Shown piece by piece: positions 39,784 through 49,843 of a stretch of DNA of 64,000 bases; the first letter of the stretch is position 1; each line of letters begins with the position of its first letter. The stretch comes from Bacteroidia bacterium. GTDB taxonomy: Bacteria; Bacteroidota; Bacteroidia; NS11-12g; UBA9320. Location: NCBI GenBank assembly GCA_965216465.1, contig CBDCFW010000004.1, positions 64,001 to 128,000 on the forward strand, written 5' to 3'. The position numbers were made by a program, and so were the translations under genes. The notes under the pieces are model-generated. The model searched no databases. It saw only the letters and a program-made list of their open reading frames with translations, and was not told where the DNA came from.

Positions 39784-41031
39784 ATGACCGACATTGAATC
39801 TAAAGTAGCAGAACGCTTCATGCGTTATGTTCAAATTGATACCCAAAGTGACCCTTCTTCAACCACTTTTCCATCCACAGAAAAGCAAAAAGACCTCAGT
39901 CGAATTTTAGTAGAGGAGATGAAGTCAATAGGCATTGAGGATGCATATATGGATGAGTTTGGATATGTTTTCGGAACCGTACCCAGTAATTCGAATAAAA
40001 CTGATATCCCTGTTGTTTGTTTCTGCTCTCATGTCGATACAGCACCAGATTGTAGCGGAACGGATGTAATGCCAATAATGCACCGTGATTATCAAGGCCA
40101 AGACATTGTACTTCCAGACGATGAAAGCCAAGTGATTACAACAAACGATCATCCCTACTTGAAACAAAGGATAGGGGACGATATAATTACAGCATCAGGT
40201 AAAACCTTGCTTGGAGCAGACGATAAGGCAGGTGTAGCCATAATCATGCAATTGGCTGAGTACCTTCTTCAAAATCCTGAGATTGAACATGGTGATATTA
40301 GACTATTGTTTACTCCAGATGAGGAAGTTGGAAGGGGAGTTGACAAACTCGATATGAATAAGCTTAATGCAGATGTTGGTTATACTTTAGATGGAGGGCC
40401 AAGAGGATCTATTGAAGGAGACACCTTTTCTGCAAATGCCATGACAGTCACCTTTGATGGAATTAGTGCTCATCCTGGATATGCCAAGGGAAAGATGGTT
40501 AATGCAACAAAGGTGTTAGCTTACTTTTTGTCGTTATTCCCGAAAGATGGATTCTCTCCTGAGACCACCGATAAAAAAGAAGGCTTTGTACATCCATACG
40601 GTATGACAGGTGAATTGGAGCAAGCTAAGGTTGATTTCTTGATTCGAGATTTTTCAACTGCTAAGCTAGCTGATCACCAAGAGCGAGTAAAAGCTTATGC
40701 TCAACAGGCAATAGATGCCTACCCTGGAGCACAATTTAGCGTAGAAGTTAAAGAGCAGTACAGAAACATGCGTGAGGTATTGGATCAGTATCCTTTCATT
40801 GAGGCAAATGCCATAGAGGCGATGAAACGTGCCGGACTAACACCAATTCCCGATTGGGTTAGAGGTGGAACAGATGGTTCTCGATTATCTTTCATGGGAC
40901 TTCCTTGTCCGAACATCTTTACAGGCGAAATGGCGATTCACAGCAAGCATGAATATGTTAGCGTTCAAGACATGGGAGCAGCCATTCAAACGCTCGTAGA
41001 ATTGGTTAAAGTTTATGAAGAAAAAGCTTAG
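39784..41031 (+). CDS. pepT: Peptidase T
   Basis: RF.RYV.IDTQSD, SHVDT, LLGADDKAG, FTPDEEVG, RGGTDGS.LS..GLP.PNIF.G, H. Confidence 0.95.
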   Translation: MTDIESKVAERFMRYVQIDTQSDPSSTTFPSTEKQKDLSRILVEEMKSIGIEDAYMDEFGYVFGTVPSNSNKTDIPVVCFCSHVDTAPDCSGTDVMPIMHRDYQGQDIVLPDDESQVITTNDHPYLKQRIGDDIITASGKTLLGADDKAGVAIIMQLAEYLLQNPEIEHGDIRLLFTPDEEVGRGVDKLDMNKLNADVGYTLDGGPRGSIEGDTFSANAMTVTFDGISAHPGYAKGKMVNATKVLAYFLSLFPKDGFSPETTDKKEGFVHPYGMTGELEQAKVDFLIRDFSTAKLADHQERVKAYAQQAIDAYPGAQFSVEVKEQYRNMREVLDQYPFIEANAIEAMKRAGLTPIPDWVRGGTDGSRLSFMGLPCPNIFTGEMAIHSKHEYVSVQDMGAAIQTLVELVKVYEEKA

Positions 41032-41118
41032 CTCATCCAAAACTTCCTAGATTTCATAAGATTATTTACCGTGAATAGAATAACAAATCGTTATGTTCGT
41101 TAATTCGAAAACTAACGT

Positions 41119-42021
41119 ATGAAAATCTTTCACGCCGAGAATATCCTTTTAAAATATCCTCGATCAAATTTTAAACTCAACGTTCCCAAAGTCGAGCTAA
41201 ATCATTCGACTATTACAGGAGTTGTTGGTGAAAATGGCAATGGAAAAACCACATTGTTGAACATTATAGCAGGTGAACGAGCTGCAAGCGGTACCTATCA
41301 ATATTTTGAGCAAGATGTTACACATCAATCCGACTGGTCATCCATCAAAACCAATATTGCATTTATTCCTCAACGTATTCCCAGATGGTACGGAACACTT
41401 GAGCAAAACCTCTATCTCAAGGCAGCAATGGAAGGTGTGAAGGCTGCAGACATAGACCCTCATTTGAACGAATTGCTTGATTTTCTGGATCTTCAACGCT
41501 TTAGAAAACTAAAATGGACTGAAATTTCGACAGGTTACCGATTAAGATTTGAACTTGCTCGGGTACTTTTAGGAAACCCTTCGCTACTTGTATTGGATGA
41601 GCCGTTAGCCAATTTAGATATTAATACGCAGCAAAAGTTTTTGTCTGACCTTAAAGTTTTACTTTCTAACAGAGACCAGAAACTTGCGGTTATTTTAAGC
41701 AGTCAGCAGTTGCATGAAATTGAATCTGTAGCCGACCACATGATATTCTTGAAACAAGGAAGCAGCACCTTTGGAGGTAGCTTAGATGAAATAGCAGAAC
41801 AGTCGAAAGGAAACATCTTCGAATTGCAGGTAGACAATATGAATGCAGAGCAGTTACAGTCTTTGTTCAAAGACATTCCATTAAAGCAGGTTGGTCCGTA
41901 TTTTCACGTTCAGACCGATATGAGTGTTAAAGATCTCTTAAACATTATCAGTTCAAACAATGTTGAACTCAGATATTTCAGAGATTTAAGCAAGTCAACT
42001 AAAAGATTTTTCTCAGAATGA
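41119..42021 (+). CDS. ABC transporter ATP-binding protein (atypical signature)
   Basis: Walker A GENGNGKTT, Q-loop FIPQ, Walker B LLVLDEP. Confidence 0.9.
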   Translation: MKIFHAENILLKYPRSNFKLNVPKVELNHSTITGVVGENGNGKTTLLNIIAGERAASGTYQYFEQDVTHQSDWSSIKTNIAFIPQRIPRWYGTLEQNLYLKAAMEGVKAADIDPHLNELLDFLDLQRFRKLKWTEISTGYRLRFELARVLLGNPSLLVLDEPLANLDINTQQKFLSDLKVLLSNRDQKLAVILSSQQLHEIESVADHMIFLKQGSSTFGGSLDEIAEQSKGNIFELQVDNMNAEQLQSLFKDIPLKQVGPYFHVQTDMSVKDLLNIISSNNVELRYFRDLSKSTKRFFSE

Positions 42022-43481
42022 AGCTAATGGAATTTTATAAATCGATCGACGCCAAATTACTAAAGTCGAAACCAAAACTTTGGGTATGGGGAGCACATAT
42101 TTTTATCCCATTGGTCTTAGCAGCGTTGCTAATTCCATATGGTGCAGGTTGGCTTTTTGACATAGAACCCCTGCCTGACGTAGATGATTTAAGTTCAGTG
42201 TGCGATAAAATTGGCGTATTTATGATTGCGGTAGTTTTATTGCTTGGAGTATTGTTTTACATACGCCAAATACGCTTTAATGCCCTGCGCGTTCATCATT
42301 TTTTACCCTACAAAAATCCATTTCAACACTACGTGGTCTTTGCATTAGCACTGATTCTAATTACAGCCACTCCACATACGTTTACGCTGGGTGTTAATCA
42401 CAAGTTAAACTTTCACCTCAACGAGGCGCAATACATGAAAGACTTGAAGGTGATGAACAGAGGATATACTCATTTTGTGGAAGATGATGCTTATGAAAAC
42501 TGGTTTTATAAAACACGAGATTATAAATGGGACAGCGAGGCAAAACGGACGTACAAATTGGATGAGGCTACGGGCAAACTTATTGTGTATCGCTACAAGT
42601 TGAGAAGCATGCCAACCCCAAGTTCGTTTCGTGAATCAGAGGATTTTGTTGATCACGACATTTTAGAAGAACCTATGGAATATCCTGAAAATTATGATAA
42701 AAACATCATGTGGGATACCATAACTCGAGCCGAAGCAGAAGAGGAAATTAAAGCTTTTCTGAGTGTGAGTACTAAATATGGGGGAGAGGTAATGGCTAAA
42801 TTCAGCAATCCACAGGACATGATTGATTCTCATTTGTTGAGAAACGAATACAATTTTGGAGTAAAGTCTCCAGACCGAGAGTATTTTGATGCTCTAATTG
42901 ATAAACATAGACTTCAAGAAGTATCAGAACTTTACAATGAAGTAATTCAACCATCTTACCAATTTAATGAGGTTACCTTAGACTATTGGAAAGGTTATAT
43001 CTTTTTCGGCTTAGCATTGGCCAGTTTACTCTTTGTTATAACAGCCACAAAGCGAGCTGATTTTGGTTGGGGAATGCTCGTTTTTGTACTGACACTAATT
43101 TTATTCTTTGTGGTTACAGAAGTATTTCTGGATGGACTTGTGCGTTGGAGATATAAATTTGGTGTAGGATTATTCTCGTTTATTGGAATTTATCTAGCTG
43201 TATTGTTATGGAAAGGAAGGTTCCGAAAAGTTAAGAAAGCCTTTGCTGTGGCTGCACATTTATATGTTCCGATGGTTGTGGCTTTTATTTATGAAGCATT
43301 TGATAACTTTCATCATTGTCCGTATGACGGGTATAATCGTCAAGAAATGTGTAGTGGGTACGAGTACTTTACAAGTGAAGTGTATGACAATATGATCTAT
43401 TATTCAGTCTTATTGTCATTTTTTGTTGCCATTTGGGTGTTTAACAGATTCTACACCCGAAAATATGTACACCCGGCGTAG
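42018..43481 (+). CDS. Multi-pass membrane protein, probable partner of the ABC ATPase
   Basis: ATGA overlap with the ATPase gene; three TM helices, ~200-aa soluble loop, about five more TM helices. Confidence 0.65.
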   Translation: MKLMEFYKSIDAKLLKSKPKLWVWGAHIFIPLVLAALLIPYGAGWLFDIEPLPDVDDLSSVCDKIGVFMIAVVLLLGVLFYIRQIRFNALRVHHFLPYKNPFQHYVVFALALILITATPHTFTLGVNHKLNFHLNEAQYMKDLKVMNRGYTHFVEDDAYENWFYKTRDYKWDSEAKRTYKLDEATGKLIVYRYKLRSMPTPSSFRESEDFVDHDILEEPMEYPENYDKNIMWDTITRAEAEEEIKAFLSVSTKYGGEVMAKFSNPQDMIDSHLLRNEYNFGVKSPDREYFDALIDKHRLQEVSELYNEVIQPSYQFNEVTLDYWKGYIFFGLALASLLFVITATKRADFGWGMLVFVLTLILFFVVTEVFLDGLVRWRYKFGVGLFSFIGIYLAVLLWKGRFRKVKKAFAVAAHLYVPMVVAFIYEAFDNFHHCPYDGYNRQEMCSGYEYFTSEVYDNMIYYSVLLSFFVAIWVFNRFYTRKYVHPA

Positions 43482-43484
43482 GTT

Positions 43485-43685
43485 TTAGTCTTCTTTTTGG
43501 CACTCTTGTGAAGGCATGGCTCCACAAACGGTGCAAGCTACTCCTTCTTCTTGCATCATTGGGTTTTTACCGGCACATCCACCGCGTACTTCCCCATCCT
43601 TAACGAGTATCAAACGTACTGCCATTCCAACCAATGCAATGGCTAAAACTGATAAAATAAGACCTAAAACAATGTAAAAACTCAT
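43485..43685 (-). CDS. Small membrane protein with four Cys, NqrM-like
   Basis: N-terminal TM then GGCAG..CTVCG..C; TACCTTTG upstream. Confidence 0.6.
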   Translation of the reverse strand: MSFYIVLGLILSVLAIALVGMAVRLILVKDGEVRGGCAGKNPMMQEEGVACTVCGAMPSQECQKED

Positions 43686-43822
43686 AGCTTGTTAATTGTA
43701 CGTGCAAAGGTACAATATTGTTCACTTACACGCTCATTTATATGTCAGATTTGGCAGTTTAAAGAATATTGTAACTTTTTTGGCGCTATATTCGTAGTGT
43801 TGTAAATAGCCAACAATCAAAT

Positions 43823-44038
43823 ATGCAACGCCTAAAAAAAATCAGCAAAACTACCGTTGTCATTCTTGTGTTACTTGTTCTAAACATTGTTGCGTTTAGT
43901 GTAATTAGCTCAAAAATTAGTGACACTAAGGAAGAAGTTGCTGAAATATCTTCACATCCAGACAATAACTCCTACTTTCATTCAGGGGTCAATGTATTGA
44001 ACTGGAGCTATACCTTATTGAAGTACTTCAGAAGGTAA
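43823..44038 (+). CDS. Small membrane-anchored hypothetical protein
   Basis: 71 aa, basic N-terminus plus one TM helix, A-rich initiation region. Confidence 0.7.
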   Translation: MQRLKKISKTTVVILVLLVLNIVAFSVISSKISDTKEEVAEISSHPDNNSYFHSGVNVLNWSYTLLKYFRR

Positions 44039-44118
44039 ATTCCATAGATATATTTAATGCTTTCAGCCATTGATTAGGGCTGAGCTGATTTCTTTATTTA
44101 ATTTTGATAGCATTATTC

Positions 44119-45186
44119 ATGGCTGTTCGACAAGGTGCATTTATAAACTCAGCGTTTTATAAGACTATAACTAAGTATAACATTCATCACATTTTTATGT
44201 GGTTGGTGTATTACTTGTTTTGGGTTTATGTAATTAGCCCAGGTGTTACGCTTTCAGATTTCTATATCAATTCGCTGGTTATTGTTGCTATACAAGCCGT
44301 TGTGAGTTATTTCAATATTTACTACCTGTTTCCTGTCTTTCTACTCAAGCGGAACTATCTGCTGTACTTTGTGGCTGCAGTTCTTGCAATTAGTTTGGGT
44401 ACCCTCCTTGAATCAGGTACCTTCCTAATCTTAGATACCATATCGTTAGAAGAAAAAACAGGTCTTCTTTCTCCAAAATACTTGTTACTTACTGCCTTGA
44501 CGATTACGTATACGGTGGCAATTACGATGAGTTTAAAGCTCATAAAACACTGGTACGAAAAAGAACGATTAACAAAAGAACTAGAAAAGCTCAATACCGA
44601 AACAGAACTTAAATATCTCAAATCGCAGATTAACCCACACTTTTTGTTTAACAGTTTGAATAGCGTTTATGCACTCGCTCTTCAAAAATCTGATCTAGCA
44701 CCAGAGTTGATACTTAAGTTGAGTGACATCCTGCGCTATATTTTGTATGAAGGAAGTGAGAAGAAAGTGAGCCTTTCGCAAGAGATCAAGTACCTTAAAA
44801 GTTACTTGGAACTAGAAAAAGTGCGTCACGGTGATCGCATGGATTTGGCGATTGAGATAGAAGGAGATACAGAATCAAAAGAAATTGCACCCATGTTATT
44901 GATACCTTTTGTAGAAAACAGTTTTAAGCATGGATTAGGAAAGAATATAGCAAAAGGCTACGTGAAAGTAACTGTACAAACACACGACGATAGAATTCAT
45001 TTTGAGATTGCGAATAGCAAGCCTAAAAATGGAAGTGAAGTATCTAAACGTAAAAACTATAATGGAGGAATAGGGTTGCTCAATGTGAAGAAAAGACTGA
45101 ATTTACTCTATCCTAAAAAACATCAATTGGATATAATTGGTGAAGAGAAAGAATTTAAAGTAATACTCGATATAAATTTAAACTAA
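44119..45186 (+). CDS. LytS/YehU-type sensor histidine kinase
   Basis: TM N-terminus; LKSQINPHFLFNSLN, LRY.LY, ENSFKHG, GIGL.NVKKRL. Start set at the first ATG. Confidence 0.94.
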   Translation: MAVRQGAFINSAFYKTITKYNIHHIFMWLVYYLFWVYVISPGVTLSDFYINSLVIVAIQAVVSYFNIYYLFPVFLLKRNYLLYFVAAVLAISLGTLLESGTFLILDTISLEEKTGLLSPKYLLLTALTITYTVAITMSLKLIKHWYEKERLTKELEKLNTETELKYLKSQINPHFLFNSLNSVYALALQKSDLAPELILKLSDILRYILYEGSEKKVSLSQEIKYLKSYLELEKVRHGDRMDLAIEIEGDTESKEIAPMLLIPFVENSFKHGLGKNIAKGYVKVTVQTHDDRIHFEIANSKPKNGSEVSKRKNYNGGIGLLNVKKRLNLLYPKKHQLDIIGEEKEFKVILDINLN

Positions 45187-45195
45187 CAAAATATT

Positions 45196-45906
45196 ATGAA
45201 TTGTATAGCTGTAGACGACGAACCATTGGCTTTGGACATCATTGAAAACTACGTAAAAAAACATCCAGACTTAAACCTAATTGCTCGCTGCAATAATGCG
45301 GCAGAGGCAAGTGAAATCTTAAAAACAAGAAAAGTTGACCTTATGTTTCTTGACATTCAAATGCCAGAAATTAGCGGATTGAGCTTTATTAAGTCTTTGG
45401 AGAATAAGCCACTTTTTATGTTTACCACCGCGTATCCTGATTATGCCGTGCAAGGTTTTGAACTCGACGCAATTGACTACCTTTTGAAGCCAATCGCATA
45501 TGACCGTTTTGAACGAGGAGTAGAGAAGGCAAAAGAGTATTTCAATATTAAAAACAATGCTGAAGTAGCTGAAACTGACTTAGAGAACGAATTCATTTTC
45601 GTAAAAGCAAATCAAAAATTGATTAAACTTGCTTACAGTGAAATCTATTATGTAGAAGCATTTGCGGATTATGTGAAAATATTTTTAGCGGATAAAAAGA
45701 TTGTAACCCTACAAACTATGAAAAATATGGAGAAAAAGCTTCCAAGCGATTTCTTCTCTCGAGTGCATCGATCATTCATCGTAAATCGAAATCATATTGA
45801 GTCTTTTTCAACTTCAATGTGTGAAGTAAACGGTGTTCGAATTCCAATCGGAAAGAATTACAAAGACGGATTTATTTCGCTGATGAAGCAAAACAACATG
45901 CTCTAA
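45196..45906 (+). CDS. LytTR-family response regulator
   Basis: VDDEPLA, FLDIQMP, FTTAY, DYLLKP, F.RVHRSFIVN. Confidence 0.96.
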   Translation: MNCIAVDDEPLALDIIENYVKKHPDLNLIARCNNAAEASEILKTRKVDLMFLDIQMPEISGLSFIKSLENKPLFMFTTAYPDYAVQGFELDAIDYLLKPIAYDRFERGVEKAKEYFNIKNNAEVAETDLENEFIFVKANQKLIKLAYSEIYYVEAFADYVKIFLADKKIVTLQTMKNMEKKLPSDFFSRVHRSFIVNRNHIESFSTSMCEVNGVRIPIGKNYKDGFISLMKQNNML

Positions 45907-46659
45907 ATGGATCAAAGACTTAAGGCTTTTGAACGTCTGCTAGACATTATGGATGATCTACGGGAGAAATGTCCGTGGGATCGCAAGCAAACAAACAAAT
46001 CGCTTCGCCATTTAACCATTGAAGAAACCTACGAGCTGAGTGATGCTTTAATGGCAGAGGATAATGAGGAGATAAAAAAGGAGCTAGGAGACTTATTCTT
46101 ACACCTAGTCTTCTATTCTAAAATTGGAGAAGAGAAAGGTGCGTTTGATGTAACTGAGGTGTTAAACGCAGTTTGTGAAAAATTGATCAATCGACACCCG
46201 CACATATATGGTGATGTATCAGTAAAAGATGACGAGGAGGTAAAACAAAACTGGGAACAGATTAAACTGAAAGAAGGAAATAAATCAGTTTTAGGCGGTG
46301 TACCTAATTCTTTGCCCAGTTTGGTAAAAGCTTCAAGAATGCAAGACAAGGCCGCTCAAGTTGGTTTTGATTGGCCTGAAAAGTCTGATGTTTGGGACAA
46401 GGTTGAAGAAGAACTCCAAGAATTTAAAGAGGCAGAAGGAGAGGAGAAGGAAAAAGAGTTTGGTGACCTGCTTTTCAGTCTGGTAAACTATGCACGATGG
46501 CTAGATATCAATCCTGATGATGCATTAGAACAAACCAATGTTAAGTTCAAGAAGCGCTTTGAAGCCATTGAGCAGTTTGCTAAAAACAACGGACGTAATC
46601 TTAAAGAAATGACGCTGGAAGAAATGGATGCGATTTGGGAAGAGGCTAAATCATCTTAG
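45907..46659 (+). CDS. mazG: Nucleoside triphosphate pyrophosphohydrolase
   Basis: CPWDRKQT, EETYE, ELGDL, RHPH, GFDW, EFGDLLF. Confidence 0.96.
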   Translation: MDQRLKAFERLLDIMDDLREKCPWDRKQTNKSLRHLTIEETYELSDALMAEDNEEIKKELGDLFLHLVFYSKIGEEKGAFDVTEVLNAVCEKLINRHPHIYGDVSVKDDEEVKQNWEQIKLKEGNKSVLGGVPNSLPSLVKASRMQDKAAQVGFDWPEKSDVWDKVEEELQEFKEAEGEEKEKEFGDLLFSLVNYARWLDINPDDALEQTNVKFKKRFEAIEQFAKNNGRNLKEMTLEEMDAIWEEAKSS

Positions 46660-47307
46660 CTACTTGTGGATGTGATAGATAAACTCTTTGCTGACCAGTT
46701 CGAACCCTTGATTTTCAAAAAAACCAATGCCCTCTTTGTTGCTCGCTTGAGTGGTAACATAAACTTCATGGTATCCTTTTTCTTTCACTTGAGAGATAGC
46801 ATGGCTAAATAAACGTGAAGCTAAATGCTTTTTACGATGGTTTGGATGAACTGCCATCAAGTCAAAAAGATTGTGATTAAAACTAACAAAACCGGTAATT
46901 TGATTTGACTCTACCTGTGCATAGGTGTCTTGATTCAAGCACTTATAAGCCCATAATTCATACAACTCTTTGAATTTAGGTTCAAGCTTTGGATCTTTTT
47001 TAAATCTGCTTTGATGTCCAGCTTCAATACTGAGTTTTTGTAAAGATTCAACCCATTTTTCATCGTTTAGAACTTCAACATCAGACATTATTTCTGCAGA
47101 AAACTGATTTAAATCTAGACTAAAAGTGAGTCTTTGCTCTATAAGACTTGAAGACCAACTTGAATCTTGTTCAATTTGACTGAAAACATAGACCGTATCA
47201 AAATCTACCTCATTTAAATAATCAATGGAGTAATGATTTTCCAGAATAAGCTTCCCAACCTTGCGTTCGAAAAACTTAGAATCCCAATTCAGCAATTCTA
47301 TATTCAT
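46660..47307 (-). CDS. GNAT acetyltransferase, WecD/RffC-like
   Basis: L.WDS.FF, SRF..D, LY..W, AV.P.HRKK.LA, V.TQ..N....FF...GF. Confidence 0.8.
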   Translation of the reverse strand: MNIELLNWDSKFFERKVGKLILENHYSIDYLNEVDFDTVYVFSQIEQDSSWSSSLIEQRLTFSLDLNQFSAEIMSDVEVLNDEKWVESLQKLSIEAGHQSRFKKDPKLEPKFKELYELWAYKCLNQDTYAQVESNQITGFVSFNHNLFDLMAVHPNHRKKHLASRLFSHAISQVKEKGYHEVYVTTQASNKEGIGFFENQGFELVSKEFIYHIHK

Positions 47308-47441
47308 ACCGTAGTCAATTCAAACCTACTGTCTTTTGTTAAAAAGCCAAAAGATGAAGATGATTTTGGATAATAAAATTGAAGATTCAAAGTTTTATGA
47401 GTAACAAGCCGTAATTTGGCAGCATATTTGAGATAACTTAC

Positions 47442-48707
47442 GTGATGAAACTTCGGTTAACCATTCTTTTTTTATTGGTGTCAACGGTTAAACTATTTGC
47501 CCAAGACTCACTTTATAATAATACTGTCTTTGTCGATGACATCCGAACAGTAATTTTACAAAAGAACATTTCTATTTACGACCCACAGCCAATGATCAGA
47601 CTTGGAGGAAGTGAGCAGTTGCGATTGTCTTTCGATCAATTGAAACCAACGAACGAGTTTTACAATTATTCGGTCGTGCATTGTGACCACAATTGGAAAC
47701 CTAGCGACCTGCTTCCCATGGATTATGTTTCTGGAAATTTAATGGGAGAGATTACTGATTACAAGTTTTCAACTAACACGTATAAGCAATACACACATTA
47801 CAGTCTTGTTTTTCCGAATGATGAAATGCAATTGACCAAGTCAGGAAATTATATCATAAAGATTTATCGAAATTTTGATGAGAATGATGTGGTTTTGACC
47901 CGTCGATTTATGGTTCTTGACCAGCAAACCAAGTTGTCGTGCAACGTGAAGAGTGCAACTCCTTCTGAGTTTAGATTCTCACATCAAGAGGTTGATTTTG
48001 AAATAAACTATGAAGGATATGCAATCCCAAATCCATATTTAGATCTTAATGTGACAATCTTGCAAAACAACAGCTGGAACAATGCAATTTATGAGCTTAA
48101 ACCGTTGTTTGTGAATGGAAATGTATTGTCTTTTAATTATGAGGATAAGAACTTGTTTCCGGGAACAAATGAGTTTCGCTTCTTTGATATAAGGTCTCTT
48201 CGTTTTTTCAGTAATCAGGTGACAAAGAAATACTTTGATAGTGTACAGAATGTTGTTTTAAAACCAGATGAATTGAAATCTCATCTTGCCTACACTCGAT
48301 GGATAGATTACAATGGTAAGCGGGTTATACGAAATCGAGATGGAGTGAATATTGTTGAAGATGGCGACTATGCGATGGTGCATTTCTATTTAAAGTCAAA
48401 AGACAAATCTCATATCGGTGATATGTACATTTATGGTGAACTTACGGATTGGCAATTACAAGATCGATTTAAGATGAAGTATTGGCCAGATTACGAAATG
48501 TATTCTTGTTCAGTTTTACTTAAACAAAGTTTCTATGATTATCATTATGTGATGAAAGATCGTGAAGGAAATATCGAGTATAGCTTTACAGAAGGGAATC
48601 ATCAAGAAACCGAAAATGACTACACCATTTTGGTTTATCACAAGAATGTATATTATGGTTACGATGAGTTGATTGGTACTATAAATTACAACACCATCAA
48701 TAAGTAA
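47442..48707 (+). CDS. T9SS plug-like protein (DUF5103)
   Basis: L.FD, Y...HCD.NW.PS, NT...YTHY, SGNY, NEFR.FD, LKQ..Y.Y.Y, EGN..ETENDY. Confidence 0.8.
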   Translation: MMKLRLTILFLLVSTVKLFAQDSLYNNTVFVDDIRTVILQKNISIYDPQPMIRLGGSEQLRLSFDQLKPTNEFYNYSVVHCDHNWKPSDLLPMDYVSGNLMGEITDYKFSTNTYKQYTHYSLVFPNDEMQLTKSGNYIIKIYRNFDENDVVLTRRFMVLDQQTKLSCNVKSATPSEFRFSHQEVDFEINYEGYAIPNPYLDLNVTILQNNSWNNAIYELKPLFVNGNVLSFNYEDKNLFPGTNEFRFFDIRSLRFFSNQVTKKYFDSVQNVVLKPDELKSHLAYTRWIDYNGKRVIRNRDGVNIVEDGDYAMVHFYLKSKDKSHIGDMYIYGELTDWQLQDRFKMKYWPDYEMYSCSVLLKQSFYDYHYVMKDREGNIEYSFTEGNHQETENDYTILVYHKNVYYGYDELIGTINYNTINK

Positions 48708-48745
48708 TTTTAGAAAAGTTTAGGTAGTATATCTTCGTTCTTTAC

Positions 48746-49843
48746 ATGAACGACGATTTGCTTTACAAACTCGCGTTAACCCAAATTTCAGGCATAGGAT
48801 CGGTACTTTCTAAGAGCTTAATCGGTTACTGTGGTGGAGTAAAATCAGTTTTTAACACTTCTCTATCAAGACTTGAAAAAACTCCAGGAGTAGGGTCTAA
48901 ATTGGCCTATAATATTCACAAATTCAGAGACTTTACTCGGATAGAAGAAGAGCTCCGATTTATAGAAAAACATAAAATTGAGGTGTTGTTCTACTTGGAT
49001 GAGCACTATCCGGTTAGACTCAAAAATATCCCAGATGCTCCTGTTGTGTTGTTCAAGAAAGGAAAGGCAAATCTTTCACCTCCGCGTATAATAGCAATCG
49101 TAGGAACTCGAAAGATGTCATCATATGGCAAAACTTTTTTAAGCAATCTTATTCAAGAATTATCAGGCTATAATGTTACGATCGTTAGTGGTTTGGCTTA
49201 TGGCGTGGATATCTGGGCTCACCGATTATGTATAAAGCATGAAATAGTTACTTGTGCAGTTCTGGCTCATGGTTTAGATCGGTTGTATCCAAGCGTTCAC
49301 TCTGGCACAGCTGCTAACATTGGTAAGGGAGGAGGAGCCTTACTATGCGAACATTTTTCAGGAACCAATCCAGATCGTGAGAATTTTCCCAAGAGAAATC
49401 GAATTGTTGCAGGATTGGTAGACGCTGTTATAGTTGTAGAATCTGGCGAGAAAGGAGGGTCTATTATTACTGCAGATTTGGCAAACCAATACAATCGAGA
49501 TGTACTGGCCTTGCCCGGAAATATTGATCAAAGGAATTCGAAAGGGTGCAATTGGCTAATCAAGAATCATAAAGCCCATGTTATTGAAGATATATCAGAT
49601 TTGGTTAAGATTTTAAACTGGGATATTGAAGCACCACAAACCAAACAAGCCGAATTGTTTGTTGAATTGAATGATGATGAACGCAATGTTCTAAACCTGA
49701 TTAGAGAGCAAGGTATTGTGCGAGTTGATGAATTAATGATTAAGACACGGCAAAAAACTTCTCAGATTGCCACCAGTTTGTTAGAACTTGAAATGAAAAA
49801 TTGTATCGTTGCACTGCCTGGGAAAAGATACAAGGCCGTATGA
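48746..49843 (+). CDS. dprA: DNA-processing protein DprA
   Basis: YP..L..IPDAP, IVGTR, SGLAYGVD, FP.RNRI.AG, GGS.ITA, C-terminal winged helix. Confidence 0.96.
   Translation: MNDDLLYKLALTQISGIGSVLSKSLIGYCGGVKSVFNTSLSRLEKTPGVGSKLAYNIHKFRDFTRIEEELRFIEKHKIEVLFYLDEHYPVRLKNIPDAPVVLFKKGKANLSPPRIIAIVGTRKMSSYGKTFLSNLIQELSGYNVTIVSGLAYGVDIWAHRLCIKHEIVTCAVLAHGLDRLYPSVHSGTAANIGKGGGALLCEHFSGTNPDRENFPKRNRIVAGLVDAVIVVESGEKGGSIITADLANQYNRDVLALPGNIDQRNSKGCNWLIKNHKAHVIEDISDLVKILNWDIEAPQTKQAELFVELNDDERNVLNLIREQGIVRVDELMIKTRQKTSQIATSLLELEMKNCIVALPGKRYKAV

Noticed and set aside
47417-47432. TGGCAGC-ATAT-TTGAG as a sigma54 promoter for the plug gene
   Set aside because: Equally explained by the overlapping housekeeping-like CATATTTG, and I see no clear IHF site; left unresolved.
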